Translations under genes and position numbers: made by a program | Assembly: GCA_028534125.1 (NCBI GenBank) | Contig: CM052816.1 | Span: forward strand, 2,544,001-2,608,000 | Origin: Lama glama | Taxonomy: Eukaryota | Reading direction: 5' to 3' | DNA: 64,000 nucleotides | The notes under the pieces: model-generated | Databases searched by the model: none | Told to the model about the DNA's origin: nothing | What the model saw: only the letters and a program-made list of their open reading frames with translations | In this document: in pieces, positions 12,798 through 25,739 of the stretch | Layout: each line of letters begins with the position of its first letter | How positions within the stretch are numbered: the first letter of the stretch is position 1

Positions 12798-13453
12798 TTT
12801 TGGTTGTTTTTGTTTTGTTTAACGTTTTTTATTGATTTATAATCATTTTACAATGTTGTGTCAAATTCCAGTGTAGAGCACAATTTTTCAGTTATACATG
12901 AACATATATATATTCATTGTCACATTCTTTTTTGCTGTAAGCTACCACAAGATCTTGTATATATTTCCCTGTGCTATACAGTATAATCTTGTTTTATCTA
13001 TTCTATAATTTTGAAATCCCAGCCTATCCCTTCCCACCCTCCGCCTCCTAGGCAACCACAAGTTTGTATTCTACATCTATGAGTCTGTTTTATGTTTTAT
13101 TTGTTTTTTTTTTTCAGATTCCACATATGAGCGATCTCATATGGTATTTTTCTTTCTCTTTCTGGCTTACTTCACTTAGAATGACATTCTCCAGGAGCAT
13201 CCATAATTGCTGCAAATGGCCATATGTTGTCAGTTTTTATGGCTGAATAGTATTCCATCGTATAAATACACCACCTCTTCTTTATCCAGTCATCTGTTGA
13301 TGGACATTTAGGCTGTTTCCATGCCTTGGCTATTGTAAATAATGCTGCTATGAACATTGGGATACAGTATGGAGATTCCTCAAAAGACTAGGAATAGACT
13401 TACCATATGACCCAGGAATCCCGCTCCTGGGCACATATCCAGAAGGAACCCTA
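12798..13453 (-). mobile_element. Young 5'-truncated and 5'-inverted L1
   Basis: Same subfamily as 6511-7062; TSD ctatttact(g/a)ttt at 12785-12797 and 13451-13463; segment 13364-13453 is on the opposite strand and encodes TVWRFLKRLGIDLPYDPGIPLLGTYPEGTL (ORF2). Confidence 0.93.
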
Positions 13454-14772
13454 TTTACTATTTATGGTGGTCTTTATTTGTTCCTGCTTCCACTAGGGCT
13501 CATTTTTCTCCAGTCTGAAGCATTTCCTCCAGTATTTCTTGGAATGCTTCCTTGCTTGAATGAATTCTCTCCTATTTTGTTTGTCTAAAAATGTCTTTTT
13601 CATCATTCATTACAGAAGAGTATTTTTACTGGGTATAGAAATATAGATTGGCAATTTTTTTCCTTTCATCACTTTATTGATGCAACCCCATTGTCTTCTG
13701 GCTCCAACAATACCTAGTAGAAAGTTACTGTTTCTTTGTTGAAGGTAAAAGGTCTTTTTCTTCTGGCTGTAAGATTTTTTTCCTCTGTCCCTTGATTTTT
13801 GACAGTTTAGATAAGATGTACCTATGTAGTATACTTTGCTTTGATCTTCTTAAAGTGCATCAAGCTTCTTGAATCTGTGAGTTAATAGTTATCACCAATT
13901 TTGAAAATTCTTGACTATTTTCCACTAAAATGTTTGCTTCTGCCTCACTTTATTCTTTCCTTCTGGAATTCTAACTACATGTATTATATTTTGTTTGTTT
14001 TTTTCCCACATGGCTTTTATTCTTTCCATTATTTTTTCTCTTTATGTTTCAATTTAGAGATCACCCATTAACCAGTTTTTGAGTTTACTAATTATGCCAT
14101 CTGCTATACCCAGGCTCCTGTTTGAATATTGTTTTGCAGTTCTGGAATGTCCATTTGATTCCTTTTACATGCTACAATTCTTCATAGAAACTCTAAAATT
14201 TTTCATTTTTTTCATCCATCTTGTCAACTTCCCCTTGATTTTCTTTAGTATAAAATCATAGTCATTTTAAACTCCTTATTTGCAAATTCCAACACTTTAT
14301 CTGCAGATCTGTTTCTATTAGTTTTTTTTTCCCTTGATTATTGCTCAAATTTTCCTGTCTCTTTTGTGTCTAGTAATTTTTACTCTATGCTGAACATTGA
14401 GATAAAAGAACCACAGAATCTTCATAGGATATTTTCTACCAGTAGGGGTTCTTCCTTCCTGTTAGAGATGGTGGAGGAGTTGATCACTATAATCCCATCA
14501 GAAATTGACTGGATTTTGATTGGGTTGCATTTTTAGTAAGATTTATCCCATCTTTGGTTCCTCAGGCATGGCCCTCCCTGGCTTTTGTTTGGGAACCTTA
14601 ATGTCTCAATCTCAACTCTTGAGAGTGTAAACCTGCATATTTCAAATTTAACTCTTGAGCTGCACACCTTACAGAAGCTACATATTTGGCAAATGTCTTG
14701 AGGAAGAGATTAGTTGTGTACTTTTTGTAGGCCTCCCCCACCCCCATAGTGGGACTTTTTCTCCTAAACACC

Positions 14773-14888
14773 TAGGGTGCCCAATTCATTCAGGTTTGCC
14801 TAGAATTCTACTCCTTTTAAAACTTAAAGGTCCACATTCTAGGAAACCCCCAAGTCCCAGACAGACTAAGACAATTGGTCACACTCTA
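14773..14888. mobile_element. MER81-like hAT-Blackjack MITE
   Basis: TIRs tagggtgccca ... ttggtcacactcta; about 115 bp; internal ggaaacccccaagtccc. Confidence 0.75.
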
Positions 14889-15339
14889 AGCACTGCAAAA
14901 CTGTGGGACTTTTCACTTCTGCTGTTTCATCCAGTGCCCCTACCCGCCCGCATCTCCCACATCCTCCTAGAACTCAGCAAGTTTCCCCTGTGTTTGGGGC
15001 TCCTCTATTTTCCAGTTTATCATGCCTGCTCTTGATTGCAGAAACTTCTGCTAATTTATCTTTCCTCCATAAAATCCCTCAATCTGACCTAAATCCAATC
15101 CTCAGGCCAATCTTAGAATCTGCAAATGCCTTGGCAGTTAAGAAAACTGCCAAGGACCATTACATTTCCTATACATCTCTAGAATTTTAGTTTACCTAGT
15201 TGCTTCTATAGCTGTCTTTTGTTCTCAGAAGTTGATTTTTGTAATTTAGCCTTTTTTCCCCCGCATTATTATAATGGCAGTTTTTACCTGCCATATCCCA
15301 TTACAGCCAACCCTGAAGCAAGAGTCCATATCTTACTGT

Positions 15340-15610
15340 GTAAACCTGCGAACTACCTCTACTTCATAAAGGGATCAGGGAGGTGAAATGAGTTTCACAA
15401 GACCACGGCACTTGTAAGAGTCTAGCTGGAATCCCCAACTGTCAAGTTCCAGGGCTTTGATTCTATAAACTATAATAATAGCCTTTTAAAAACTAGGAAA
15501 CTGAGGTTTAAAAACCTTAACTGATTTGCCCAAGGCCTCAAGGAAAGATAGAGTCCACAGCCAGGATTAAACCTCAGAGATCCTGACCCTTGGTCCAGAG
15601 CTCCTTTCAG
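15340..15610 (-). mobile_element. Two degenerate MIR fragments
   Basis: ggaaactgaggtttaaaaaccttaactgatttgcccaaggcc. Confidence 0.55.
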
Positions 15611-17113
15611 AGACATATAAGAGGACATCGGCATCACATACACATGAAGAAACTGGTGATACTCTAGATATAACTATTATACAAAGGAAAAATACACGCA
15701 ATACATTTCACACATCATTCATTGCCATCCTGTACAGGCAGAACTACACTCATTTATACTGTGCATACATTGTCACATTTTATCCAAGGGCTGATACCAC
15801 ATAAACATAAATTTGACAAAACTTCTGCTAAAAATGGTGTTTTTTAAATCCATAAAAAATACAGCCTTCAAGTATGCTAGTTGCAATACCTTTTTTTTTT
15901 TTTTTTTCCAGGTGGGATTGCTTTTCCTAATAAAATATTATAAGGGAGGTGGAACTCTTCTAAAGTGGTTACTAAGAATGCTGGCTGGCAATGGTGGTGG
16001 AGGGGAAGTGAGTGAAGCTCTTAAGCGTTCTTTAAGAGTCTCATTTCTTTCAATCAGGCTGATTCGGTTCTTTCCCTGAGAGTCTCCTTTTCCCTCCAAT
16101 AAAGGAACTATCACTATAGTAACTAAGGAAACGACTCCTTTTTTTGTGGAGGTAGAGCAAGATGGTGCCAAAATGATAGAATCTGAGTAAGAACGGAAAA
16201 TAACCACCTGCCTCCACATCTCTCTCCTGTTGGCTTGTTCTGTTCTCTGAAGTGCCCACTATTAGGGCTTCTCCTTTGGACAAAAGTGTTACGTTGGTTA
16301 AGGTCCTGTTAACATGGAAATCTTTCCTAGGATGGAAGGAGGAAGTGGGTACATGAATAGGGTTTCACCGTACAGCAGAGGTCAAGTTGGAGGTAGGGAG
16401 CCTAGCAAGGAGATCCTGACGAACCAAGGATCAGTACTGTCAGCCAAAGTAACACTGAGACCCTGCAGAGCAGGGATGACTGCTTCTCCCCAGCTCCTGC
16501 CCTGCATCTGTTGCCCTGGTGGGGTCCCTAAAGGAAAACCTAGCCTTGGGCTGTTTCTCTTTATGCCTGATGGCACATCACAGACCAGCTACCCAGAAAT
16601 TGTAGGAGTCACTCACATTTGTTGTTTAGATTGACCACAACCATGCACTGTGTTAGGAACTAGGGACTCAAAGATGAATAAGGCCATCTAGTTAGGGATT
16701 CAGATTCACATCACACTGTCTATTCATTTTTTCAACAAATCTTTATGGGTACCAACTACATGATAGGCATTGTTTCAGGAGCTGGGACTACAGGGAAGAA
16801 AATGGCAAGCATGAGTAATTTTCAAAAGCGTCCATGTCTAGGAATGGCGGAGAATACATGTTGGCCGAAAAAGAAAAAAGAAAAAGAAAAAGAAAAAAAC
16901 CACAGAAACAAAGAAACCAAGTACACTCAACAAAATACATTCATCTACTATGCATTTAATCCGTCACAGATTTTTCTCTGAATTTGATGATCTCCTCAGA
17001 GTATATCTAAAACCTCAGCAGAGAAGTGAAGAGAAATTTGCATGCCTATGAATACCGTCCATCCAAATCAATGTGTGACAATGTCCCTGTTTCTCCAAGT
17101 GAGCCCCAAATAC

Positions 17114-17330
17114 CTCAGGAGCTTTGCACAGACAGCAGAAATCTGGTTGCATATTCCCAGGTTGGTGCCATTCAATCTCTCGCCTAACGTGGTTCCAATG
17201 CAGTTCTCACGACAGACAGACAGAGACAGAGAAGCTACATGGAGGAAGGAGCAAGCCGCAGGGGTTGGAGAGAAGAAAGTGATGCAAACAGCTGAGGCAG
17301 GAGAGTGTGCAGTGCTCAACGAATTGCTGG
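17114..17330 (-). other. Candidate alternative first exon (possible N-terminus MQPDFCCLCKAPE)
   Basis: Pyrimidine-rich leader on minus strand; ATG 17152-17150 with A at -3; donor GAG|GTATTT; 13 codons, phase 0. Confidence 0.2.
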
Positions 17331-17984
17331 GCACTTGAAAACCTCCCTGACCTCTGAGAAATTTCACCAAAATTCTAATCTTCAGACACACGCAATACAC
17401 AAGACACCTGTGAAGGTCAGGACACCCTCCAAGCTCTTGACAGAAGGGACCCGGTCTCCCTGCTGGTCCCTAGCCTGACACTGCTCACGAGGAACTAACC
17501 AGCAGCCATCAAAGACCAGCTCCAACGTGTCCCTTCTGTATGACTGGGACTGCTGGGAGGTGGTGAACTTCGTTTTCTCATGTTTTTGTGGCTTCTGAGT
17601 GTGGATCTCCATTTGTGTTGAGCCAATGAATGGTAAATATCAAGTCCTTGACTTTCTCAGACCTGTGGGACTGGTGTCAAAAAAATAAAAGGGCCCTCAA
17701 CAGTTTTATGCTCCTTTCTTAAGCTGACCTCTCCTCTCTGTTTGGAGTTCTACTGCCTGGTGTACAGAGAAGTAATAAAACACGGCAGAGCACAGTACAA
17801 GGTTACGATGTCACACGTCCACATCAGGGTGTATTATGAAATGTTCTGTGAGACTCAGAATCAGCCTCAAACCCGAGTCCCTGGGTCTTCTTCTTCCGCT
17901 TAAATTATTACCCTAACATTTTGTAAATTGACGCCATCTGCCCTAGGAGTGTGATTTTATAATGCAGTCCCTGGCATCAAGCGG

Positions 17985-18190
17985 TTTCAGCTGATGTCCC
18001 AGCTAAACAATTGAATGTGTGTGATCCTGGAGACATCACTTCGCCCTCAGTTTCTTCGTCTGTAAAATGGAAAGCAATAATAATGCCTATCTCATAGGGT
18101 TGCTTTAAGGATTAAATAGGAATGAGCTTTAAAACTCTTAGCACGGGGCCTACCAAATAGTAAACACTAAGGCATGTTTGCTGCTATATT
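17985..18190 (+). mobile_element. MIR
   Basis: ctcagtttcttcgtctgtaaaatggaaagcaataataatgcctatctcatagggttgctttaaggattaaat. Confidence 0.85.
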
Positions 18191-18200
18191 TATCTATTTG

Positions 18201-18340
18201 TACACACACACACACACACGCACGCGCGGCTATATCCTGCAAGAGAGAAGCTCAAGGAGTTTGACCAAAAGCTTGAGTAATACATGGACACACATATGTA
18301 TGACTGTGTGTGTGTGCGCGCGTGCACGCGTGCGTGCATG
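18201..18340. repeat. (CA)n and (TG)n/(CG) alternating purine-pyrimidine repeats
   Basis: Visible at 18201-18228 and 18305-18340. Confidence 0.85.
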
Positions 18341-19074
18341 AATACCACCAAACAAAGCATGCCCTGGGGTGAGGTAAACCACTGGCATCTGGGCCAAGGG
18401 AAGCCAGCTAAACTAAGCAGCAGCAGGTCTATGAATTTCTTCTCTGCTTCTGCCTAAATCTCTGTGTCCCACTAGAATGTAACTTATTTCACCTAATTTA
18501 TATGATGTGCCTTTACCTCGGACATACATTTCTCGCTTCCAGAGCACATCACGGTATCTCCTCTGACGACAGCACACACTCTTTCCTGCTCACACCCCCG
18601 TACCCTCTCCACGCCCGGCACCCGGCACCAGGTCACACACTCCTAGTGGTGACCCTCCCACAAGCTCACTGGGGTTCTGCATCTGCTGAGTCCCCAGCAA
18701 AACGAGGAAGCCCAGTGGGCTCTCAGCTTTGCCCCGGCTCTGTGCTCCCCCACGCCCCCCTCCTCCCCTGTTCTTCACACAGCATCCCATGTACCACCCT
18801 GTGTGCACATCCGTCATTGACTTCTTCGGTCTCACAATTGTTCTGTTTTTTTTTTTCCCCTCAGTAAACTTGTGGTTCATTATAAAATTAGCACTCCCTA
18901 AACGCACAAGCATGCATTTCCATGCGAACACCCACATATCCACACACAAGCAGAACTTTACATTAGAGAGAGAACAGCCAGATACAGTATATAGTCAACA
19001 AGGGAAGAATCACAAACATTTAAAAAAAAAATTCCACACTGTGGGATCAACACAAAGGTGAAGCTGAATCAGAA

Positions 19075-19246
19075 AGTAGTCGTTTTAATGTTTCTTTTGA
19101 TCACAGCCCCTTTGAAGATATTATGAAAGTTACGAATACCTAGTCTTCAGGAAATGCACACAGGGATGAGACTTTGCATGTAATTTCAGTGGAGAAGGGT
19201 GAGTGTAGGTCCCTTATGTCTTTAGACCCCAGGTTAAGAGTCTCTG
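19075..19246. mobile_element. hAT-Charlie MITE (MER117-like)
   Basis: cccctttgaagatattatgaaagtta...ctttgcatgtaatttcag...gaccccaggttaagagtctctg. Confidence 0.55.
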
Positions 19247-19314
19247 CTGTAGAGAGAAGCATCGGGTGCTACAGTAGGTAAATAAGTAAGTAAAGAAATA
19301 AAAATAAGTAAATA

Positions 19315-19520
19315 AATAAACAGTACCACTTATTGAGTCCCTACTGTATACCAAGAATTTCACATGCAATGTCTCTGCTTTTCTAAATATTCCTGCACGT
19401 TAGATACTACTGTCCCCATTTTGCAAATGAAGAAACAAGGGGTCAAAGAAATGAAACAAATTTATCTCAAAGCCATTCATCTGGTAAATAACAGAGCAGG
19501 GATTTGGTCTAATTCATGGC
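19315..19520 (-). mobile_element. MIR
   Basis: ccacttattgagtccctactgtatacca...ccccattttgcaaatgaagaaacaagg. Confidence 0.8.
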
Positions 19521-21189
19521 CCTCCCCACTAGTCCACCCTGCCCTCTGGTCTTTGCACCTCAAATGGACTATCAAGGTTGGCACCATCAACTATCTAAGC
19601 CCCCTTTACACTGAGTGGCATCACAGTGAGGCCCCTGAGCATTTACAGAACTGATTCAAATTATAAGCTTTGGTTTGATGCCAAAAGGATGACCAGAATT
19701 AGCTGCGGATGATTCCATAGTCACCGCAGTCATCAGCTCTGACATGCCACTCAGAACACAGTTGTATAGTGTCTCCAGAGCATTCTAGACAACGCAATCC
19801 CCATGCACCAAATCCTCCACATAATTTATGCAGAAAACAGTACTGCATCTTGGTTTGAGTTTTCCAGAGACTTGTCTCAATAGAGCTGGAAAGCTTTGAT
19901 GCAGTGATTAATTTTCAATGCCCATTGTCTTTCTAAAAAAGAGCACGCACACATGTAGACCGACGCACCTTTGAAGCTGTCACCATGTGAGCATTCTGAC
20001 ACGTAATGACCACAGGATCCGTCTTCTGACTATTTCTACTGGAGGAAGGAAATTTACACACTGGGAAAATATGTTGCCCTTTGCTTTGTTTCCTTTCCTT
20101 CTTGGGGAGAGTTATTCATGTGTCTTGAATACAGTAAGAAATAGCACACGCTCCTCTCAGGATGTTCTCAGAAACATTATTTTGAGCTTTTATTCTCATA
20201 GCTGGATTCCACTGTAATTCTCACATGGCAGGAGTAAACTATGAATAGGACGCTAACATCTTTTTTTCTAATAGACCTCAGAGAAGTCTCCTTTGCCATG
20301 TGAGTGAAGGGCAGATTGGATCCTGACATGACACATCGATTTAGTTTCCAAAACAGTAACTGCACTAAATAAATCATTTCAGCGCTTGATTGTTATTTAT
20401 ACATGCAAATCTGGGTTTCATTTGTTGGACCCGGACAGGAGGAAAGCTAATAATCTCATCAAAAGCTGAATATTTTCCATTTTGGAAACGGCGGAAAGTT
20501 CATCATCACATGACCTGAACTCTGCCATGGGCGGGTAAAGCAAACACTCCCCTAATACGTCCTGCAGACACACGGCGCTGACCTGGGAGGACTCTGGGGA
20601 CGGTACAAAGCACGAGTCTCAGCTCAGGCCAGGGACTCCTTGGCCTGCCTCCTAGCACCATGTTATCTGTTTCCAGAGGTGATAAACCTGGGGAAGAAAC
20701 AGGGAAACGGTGAAAACAAACACAGATTAAAATCTTGAGCAATTAACCAGTAGCGTGAGCTTCAAAATACATTAAAGAAACTGATCTTATAAATTGGGCT
20801 CCTCGCAGAGTGAGAAACCTGATTGTACCTGGAAGAGATTCCAATTTCATAAGCAGGGATATACGAGCTCTAAGAAGACACATCTATCTCTAATAGTCTC
20901 CGCACGGGCGTGAAAAGTCCACTAGAAATTCCTCATTTTAGGCACTGTCTTCTCTTCTCAAATTCTCCTTAATGTGCAAAGAAATAGCAGGTCCACATGT
21001 CTTTGGTGGCAGGATGGGTTCTCTGGTCTCTTCCTTTCCTGAGATTCTCCCTATCTCACTTTTGGTGGGAGGGAGGTCTTCTAACACAATAATGCCTCAG
21101 TCACGCTATGAGGGAGCAAGGGAGACGCTCGTGAGCTTGTTGGGTGTACGCTGTACCCTGAGAACAAACAGGATATTGAACGAAAGCTT

Positions 21190-21689
21190 NNNNNNNNNNN
21201 NNNNNNNNNNNNNNNNNNNNNNNNNNNNNNNNNNNNNNNNNNNNNNNNNNNNNNNNNNNNNNNNNNNNNNNNNNNNNNNNNNNNNNNNNNNNNNNNNNNN
21301 NNNNNNNNNNNNNNNNNNNNNNNNNNNNNNNNNNNNNNNNNNNNNNNNNNNNNNNNNNNNNNNNNNNNNNNNNNNNNNNNNNNNNNNNNNNNNNNNNNNN
21401 NNNNNNNNNNNNNNNNNNNNNNNNNNNNNNNNNNNNNNNNNNNNNNNNNNNNNNNNNNNNNNNNNNNNNNNNNNNNNNNNNNNNNNNNNNNNNNNNNNNN
21501 NNNNNNNNNNNNNNNNNNNNNNNNNNNNNNNNNNNNNNNNNNNNNNNNNNNNNNNNNNNNNNNNNNNNNNNNNNNNNNNNNNNNNNNNNNNNNNNNNNNN
21601 NNNNNNNNNNNNNNNNNNNNNNNNNNNNNNNNNNNNNNNNNNNNNNNNNNNNNNNNNNNNNNNNNNNNNNNNNNNNNNNNNNNNNNNNN
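21190..21689. other. Assembly gap (500 N)
   Basis: Exactly 500 N. Confidence 1.
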
Positions 21690-22379
21690 GGGGTAAAACT
21701 TGAGGAGTGGAGGCAGACGGGAGGCAACAGGCAGAGGAGAAAGGGTTGTGCTAGCGGATGGCTTTCTTGCCACTATGTCACTGAGCTGAAACCCGTGACA
21801 GTCCTGAGATGCTGGGTTGGCCACGCTGGGAATGAATAAAACCTGCCCGCTTTCAAATGAGCTCAACTCTTCAGTCCACTTTGCAGGCACAATGAGAAAG
21901 GGGGCCACTGATAATTAAGTTAGAGATGTGATTGAGAACGGGGACCAGGTAATATTTTCTGTCTGGCAAAACAATCAATTTATTTTTCAGAAACTTGTGC
22001 ACAGAGCCAAACCCCAGGCTCTTTCTGCCAAACATTCCCCCCTTAATTTTTTAACCTCTGGGCATTTCAAGGAAAATTGAATCCACATGTTTTCAGATAC
22101 ATTTGCAAATGCAGTTTGCTCAGAGCTGTTTGATGACCAGTATGCCCTTTGAGTGTTTTTATGAGCTTAAACTTATTTTCCCCCAAGTCTCTTGCTTCTG
22201 AACTAGGAAGCGGCATTTGGAGTTTGCAGCGGAATTCAGAGATGATCATTTTCTAAAACCTTTGCCGGGGTCTTGTGTCTCTTTCTGGACCCTGGCAAAG
22301 CTACGAAAAGGTTTACACAGAGTATATAAGAATAATCTAGCGTAACTTATTGTTTTTATGACGGAGAAGCAGATCTGAT

Positions 22380-22720
22380 ATGAACACGGTCCAACTCCTG
22401 GATCACGTGGTTTCCCTATCTTTCTTTATTGCTGATGACATTTGTATGAAAGCAGATGTTTTCTTTCCCAGGGATATGTTTCCACCTGCGACATAATTCC
22501 CTGATTGGACTAACGCTTCAGAGGCAGGGTTGGAAATTTAGATTCAGCCCTCCCCCAGACCAAACTGCAGCAAACCATCTTTGTTTATTACAGCGAGCCA
22601 CGTGTAGTACTACGGACCCCCGGAATTGGAGCATTCATTTTCTAACTCAGCCATATGACCCAGAACAAAATTCTAACTTCCAGGAAGGTGGGGGTATTAC
22701 ACGTGCATGTTCTAGACAGC
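22380..22720. promoter_or_regulatory. Candidate enhancer with three CACGTG E-boxes, a CCAAT box and a FOX-like site
   Basis: CACGTG at 22404, 22599, 22700; ATTGG at 22504; TGTTTAT at 22582; no repeat recognised. Confidence 0.35.
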
Positions 22721-24139
22721 ATGAACAAAATGCCTAATAACAAGTGGGGAGAGTAACTGGGGAAGACCTGCAGAGCCGGGAAAATGCCTCTCAGCCTGAG
22801 ATTTTTCTGAGTTAGCTCTCAGATTTCCCTCAAGGATGTTCCGATGGATACCAGCTACGTTCCAGGACTTTCGTTAATGAGGAATTAGCCTGCAGAGCTC
22901 TTTGGATAAACATTTGTGTGTGCAAATAACATTCTTCCAGGAAGCTCACTTAATACGGTGTCTATTTTTTTCCTTCCCTCTTTACTTCCCTTCACCAGAC
23001 TTATGATCCCAGAGAAAGTTGCATTAAATTCACATGCCCTATTTTTAACTTTCATCTGGACTTCCTTTCTCCCCCCACCCCCGACCCTGTTTAAGCATGA
23101 GAATCAAGCAAATAACGACCCTTTGTATTATATCCAATAGAAGGTCACAAGCTCAGGGAATTTACTTAAGTTCCCGGGAGAAGTCAGGCCATAAAAGATT
23201 CATGTGCATGGCCTTCATACTGTGCTGTTCTGGCTGTCGGTTCTGCTAAGTATTTTTACTCCCATTCTGTAGACAAGAACAACTGACGTACGGACGGATC
23301 CCGCAATTGTTTCAGTTTTGGTAGAGAAACTGTCTGCAAATTCATAGCCTCGCTTCATCCTTGGCTCGCCCAAATCAAAAGCGTGAAGTGAATGGTGGGC
23401 GGCTGCCGCTGCTGTGGTCAGCACGGCCTACAGAAGGGAGCATCGACGGACGCATCATCAGATTGCTCTCCAAGAGTTTTTAAATTACTGCATTTTTCCT
23501 CCGAGAACATGTTCCTTAGAGTTTACCGAACAGACAGGGAGGAGGAGGAGAGGAAAACGCAAGCCTGTAGGTAGCTTACTGTTAGGTTTAGCCGGGAACT
23601 CAAACTCCAGTGTGTGCAAGGGCCAGGCGGGTAACTTAAACAGGCAAGGGGGGCCTGAGCAGTGTGCTGACCCGAGGACACCTGCTGTCCTTCCTTACAC
23701 GGACACTAGCCGCTCAGCTCAACTTGATTTTTGCCACATGGGGTGGCAGGTGGAGGGCAGACAGATCTTTTTTCTCTTCCTCTTCAATGAGAAGCCATAA
23801 ATTAATGTATTTAGATTAAGTTTCCTGGTTTTAATGCAATGGGGCTGTCTTCACATCTATAAAACTGCATGGTGGACTAAAGACACTAGGCATGTGTCTC
23901 TAGATATCAAACAAGCTCAGTGGATCAGCCAAGTGGGTGGAAACGCAGTCAACCCCATTGATTTCCTGGACATTTTTTTAAAACTTCTAGTCTCAGTGCT
24001 TAACTGTGATGTAAGGTTGTAATCAGAAGGAGCTGTGGTTGTGCTCAAGACGTGGGGGAGGAGTGGGAAACGGGTGGAGTGAAGGGGCAGGATGTAACCA
24101 GCATCCTTCTCATGACCTCCATCCCAACTTGGACAGTTT

Positions 24140-24870
24140 ACATGTGTATTCAGTTGATAATATTTTTTGAGTACCTCCATGTATCAGCTCCACATTGGAC
24201 ATTAGGTACGTGTGGGGAGCAAGTCAGTCATCACTGCCATCTTCACAGAACAACGTCCATGGGGGACACAGACACCAATCACGTAACCGTACAAATGAAT
24301 GCAAACTGTCCAATGCAATACGTCTTACAAAGGAGAGGTGTGGGCTATCTATGATCATATATATTTAAAGGATCTGATCTGATCAGAGTGGTGGGGAAGG
24401 GGAGTAAGGATGACTATGAGGGCCACAAGGCAGAGTTACTCAGGCCCAACGGAAGGGAACTGGCTGAAGAGCCCTTGCAAAGACCCTGTGGCAGAAGGGA
24501 ACTGGATGAACACAAGGTACTGAAAGGCTAGTGTGGCTGGAATGCGGAAATCACGAAGGAGGCTGCAGAAGTGGGCAGGGGCCAGAGCTAGTAGAACCTT
24601 CTAGGTGATGTTAAGAAGTTGTGACCGATCCTAGATCCAGGCAAGTGCAACTGAGTGACTCTAAGCAGAGGAGTACAGGATCGGGTGCGCATTTTGAAAA
24701 GATCGTTCTGGGGACAGGGTGAAGAGTGGCTTGGGAAAAGCTTAAGCAGGGAGACAGATCAGGAAGCAACCGCACTGTGGTGGTGGCATCTTGCATTAGG
24801 ATGGTGAGTGGAGTCATAGAGAAAAGTGAACAAATGTGAGAGAGAATAAACATAAATGAGAGGACTTGGT
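24140..24870 (-). mobile_element. L2 LINE 3' fragment
   Basis: L2 motifs ggctagtgtggctggaatg...gtgggcaggggccaga...ttttgaaaagatcgttctgg. Confidence 0.8.
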
Positions 24871-24876
24871 GGTATA

Positions 24877-25247
24877 CGTGACGCTTTATTTTAATGTGTC
24901 AGCTTTGCTAGGCTATACGGCCCAGCGACATCTTCAAGCATTAAGCTAGGTCTTGTTGTGAAGGTGTCTGGTAGATGTGGTCACATTTACAGACAGTTGA
25001 CTTGCAGTAGAGAAGATTAACCTCCATAATGTGGGTGGACCTCATCCCATTATCTGGAGGCTCTACCAGGAAAAACTTGAGTTCCCCAGAGTGAAAAAAA
25101 AATTCTGCCACAAGACTGTACTATCAACTCCTGCCTGAGTTCCCAGCCTGCTGGCCAGCCCAGCAGATTTCAGACTTGCCAGCCCCGCAGTCACGTGAGC
25201 CAATACCTGGTCCTACTTCTCTAGAGAACCCTCACTGATCGAATACA
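24877..25247 (+). mobile_element. ERVL solo LTR (MLT2-like)
   Basis: ttttaatgtgtcagctttgctaggcta...cctccataatgtgggtggacctcatc...gatttcagacttgccagcccc...tctctagagaaccct...aataca. Confidence 0.85.
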
Positions 25248-25739
25248 CATTAGACACACTTCACACCATTCCTCAGATATTCTTGTTCCTTCCGGGGAAA
25301 AGATAAGATGTAAATTATATCAACTCCATCTCTACAAGGAAATACGACACATTCATGCATGCACATTTTTGCAATATGAATAATGGTAGTACGAGGAAAT
25401 ATTTCTTTGTAGGGAAGTCCAGGAGTTTGATGGAGGGGGCAGGGGAAACCCAACCCTTTAGAAGGAAATTTGGAAAGTCTGAAAATCTTATAAAATATGA
25501 AAAAGGCTTTTCTTTGACAAACTTTCATCCTGAAGTTTTCCAGGTGGTCCTTAGAGAAAAGGGCAAATGTTGGTAACAGGAGAGGCTGTTTTATATGGAC
25601 CATCACTGGAGCCTCTGATCGGTGGAGCCCAGCAACAGCCAGAGCAGAGCTGAGTTTTCCCAGGTCCTGGAGTGAGGGAGATTTTAGGCTGGATGAGGCT
25701 GAGGTCCTGGGTGAGAAAGGCACGGACGCCGATACTCAC

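Larger units (their letters stand above)
12470..15330 (-). mobile_element. Ancient L1M internal/5' fragment interrupted by a young L1 and MER81
   Basis: T-rich antisense L1 motifs (tttttactgggtatagaaatatagattggcaatttttttcctttcatcacttta; cttcttgaatctgtgagtt...ttttgaaaattcttgactatt). Confidence 0.7.

Noticed and set aside
21184..21189. HindIII site AAGCTT right at the gap edge
   Set aside because: The other three gap edges show no such site; treated as coincidence.
20972..21908. Long ORFs of 208-275 aa
   Set aside because: Artefacts of translating through the N gap.
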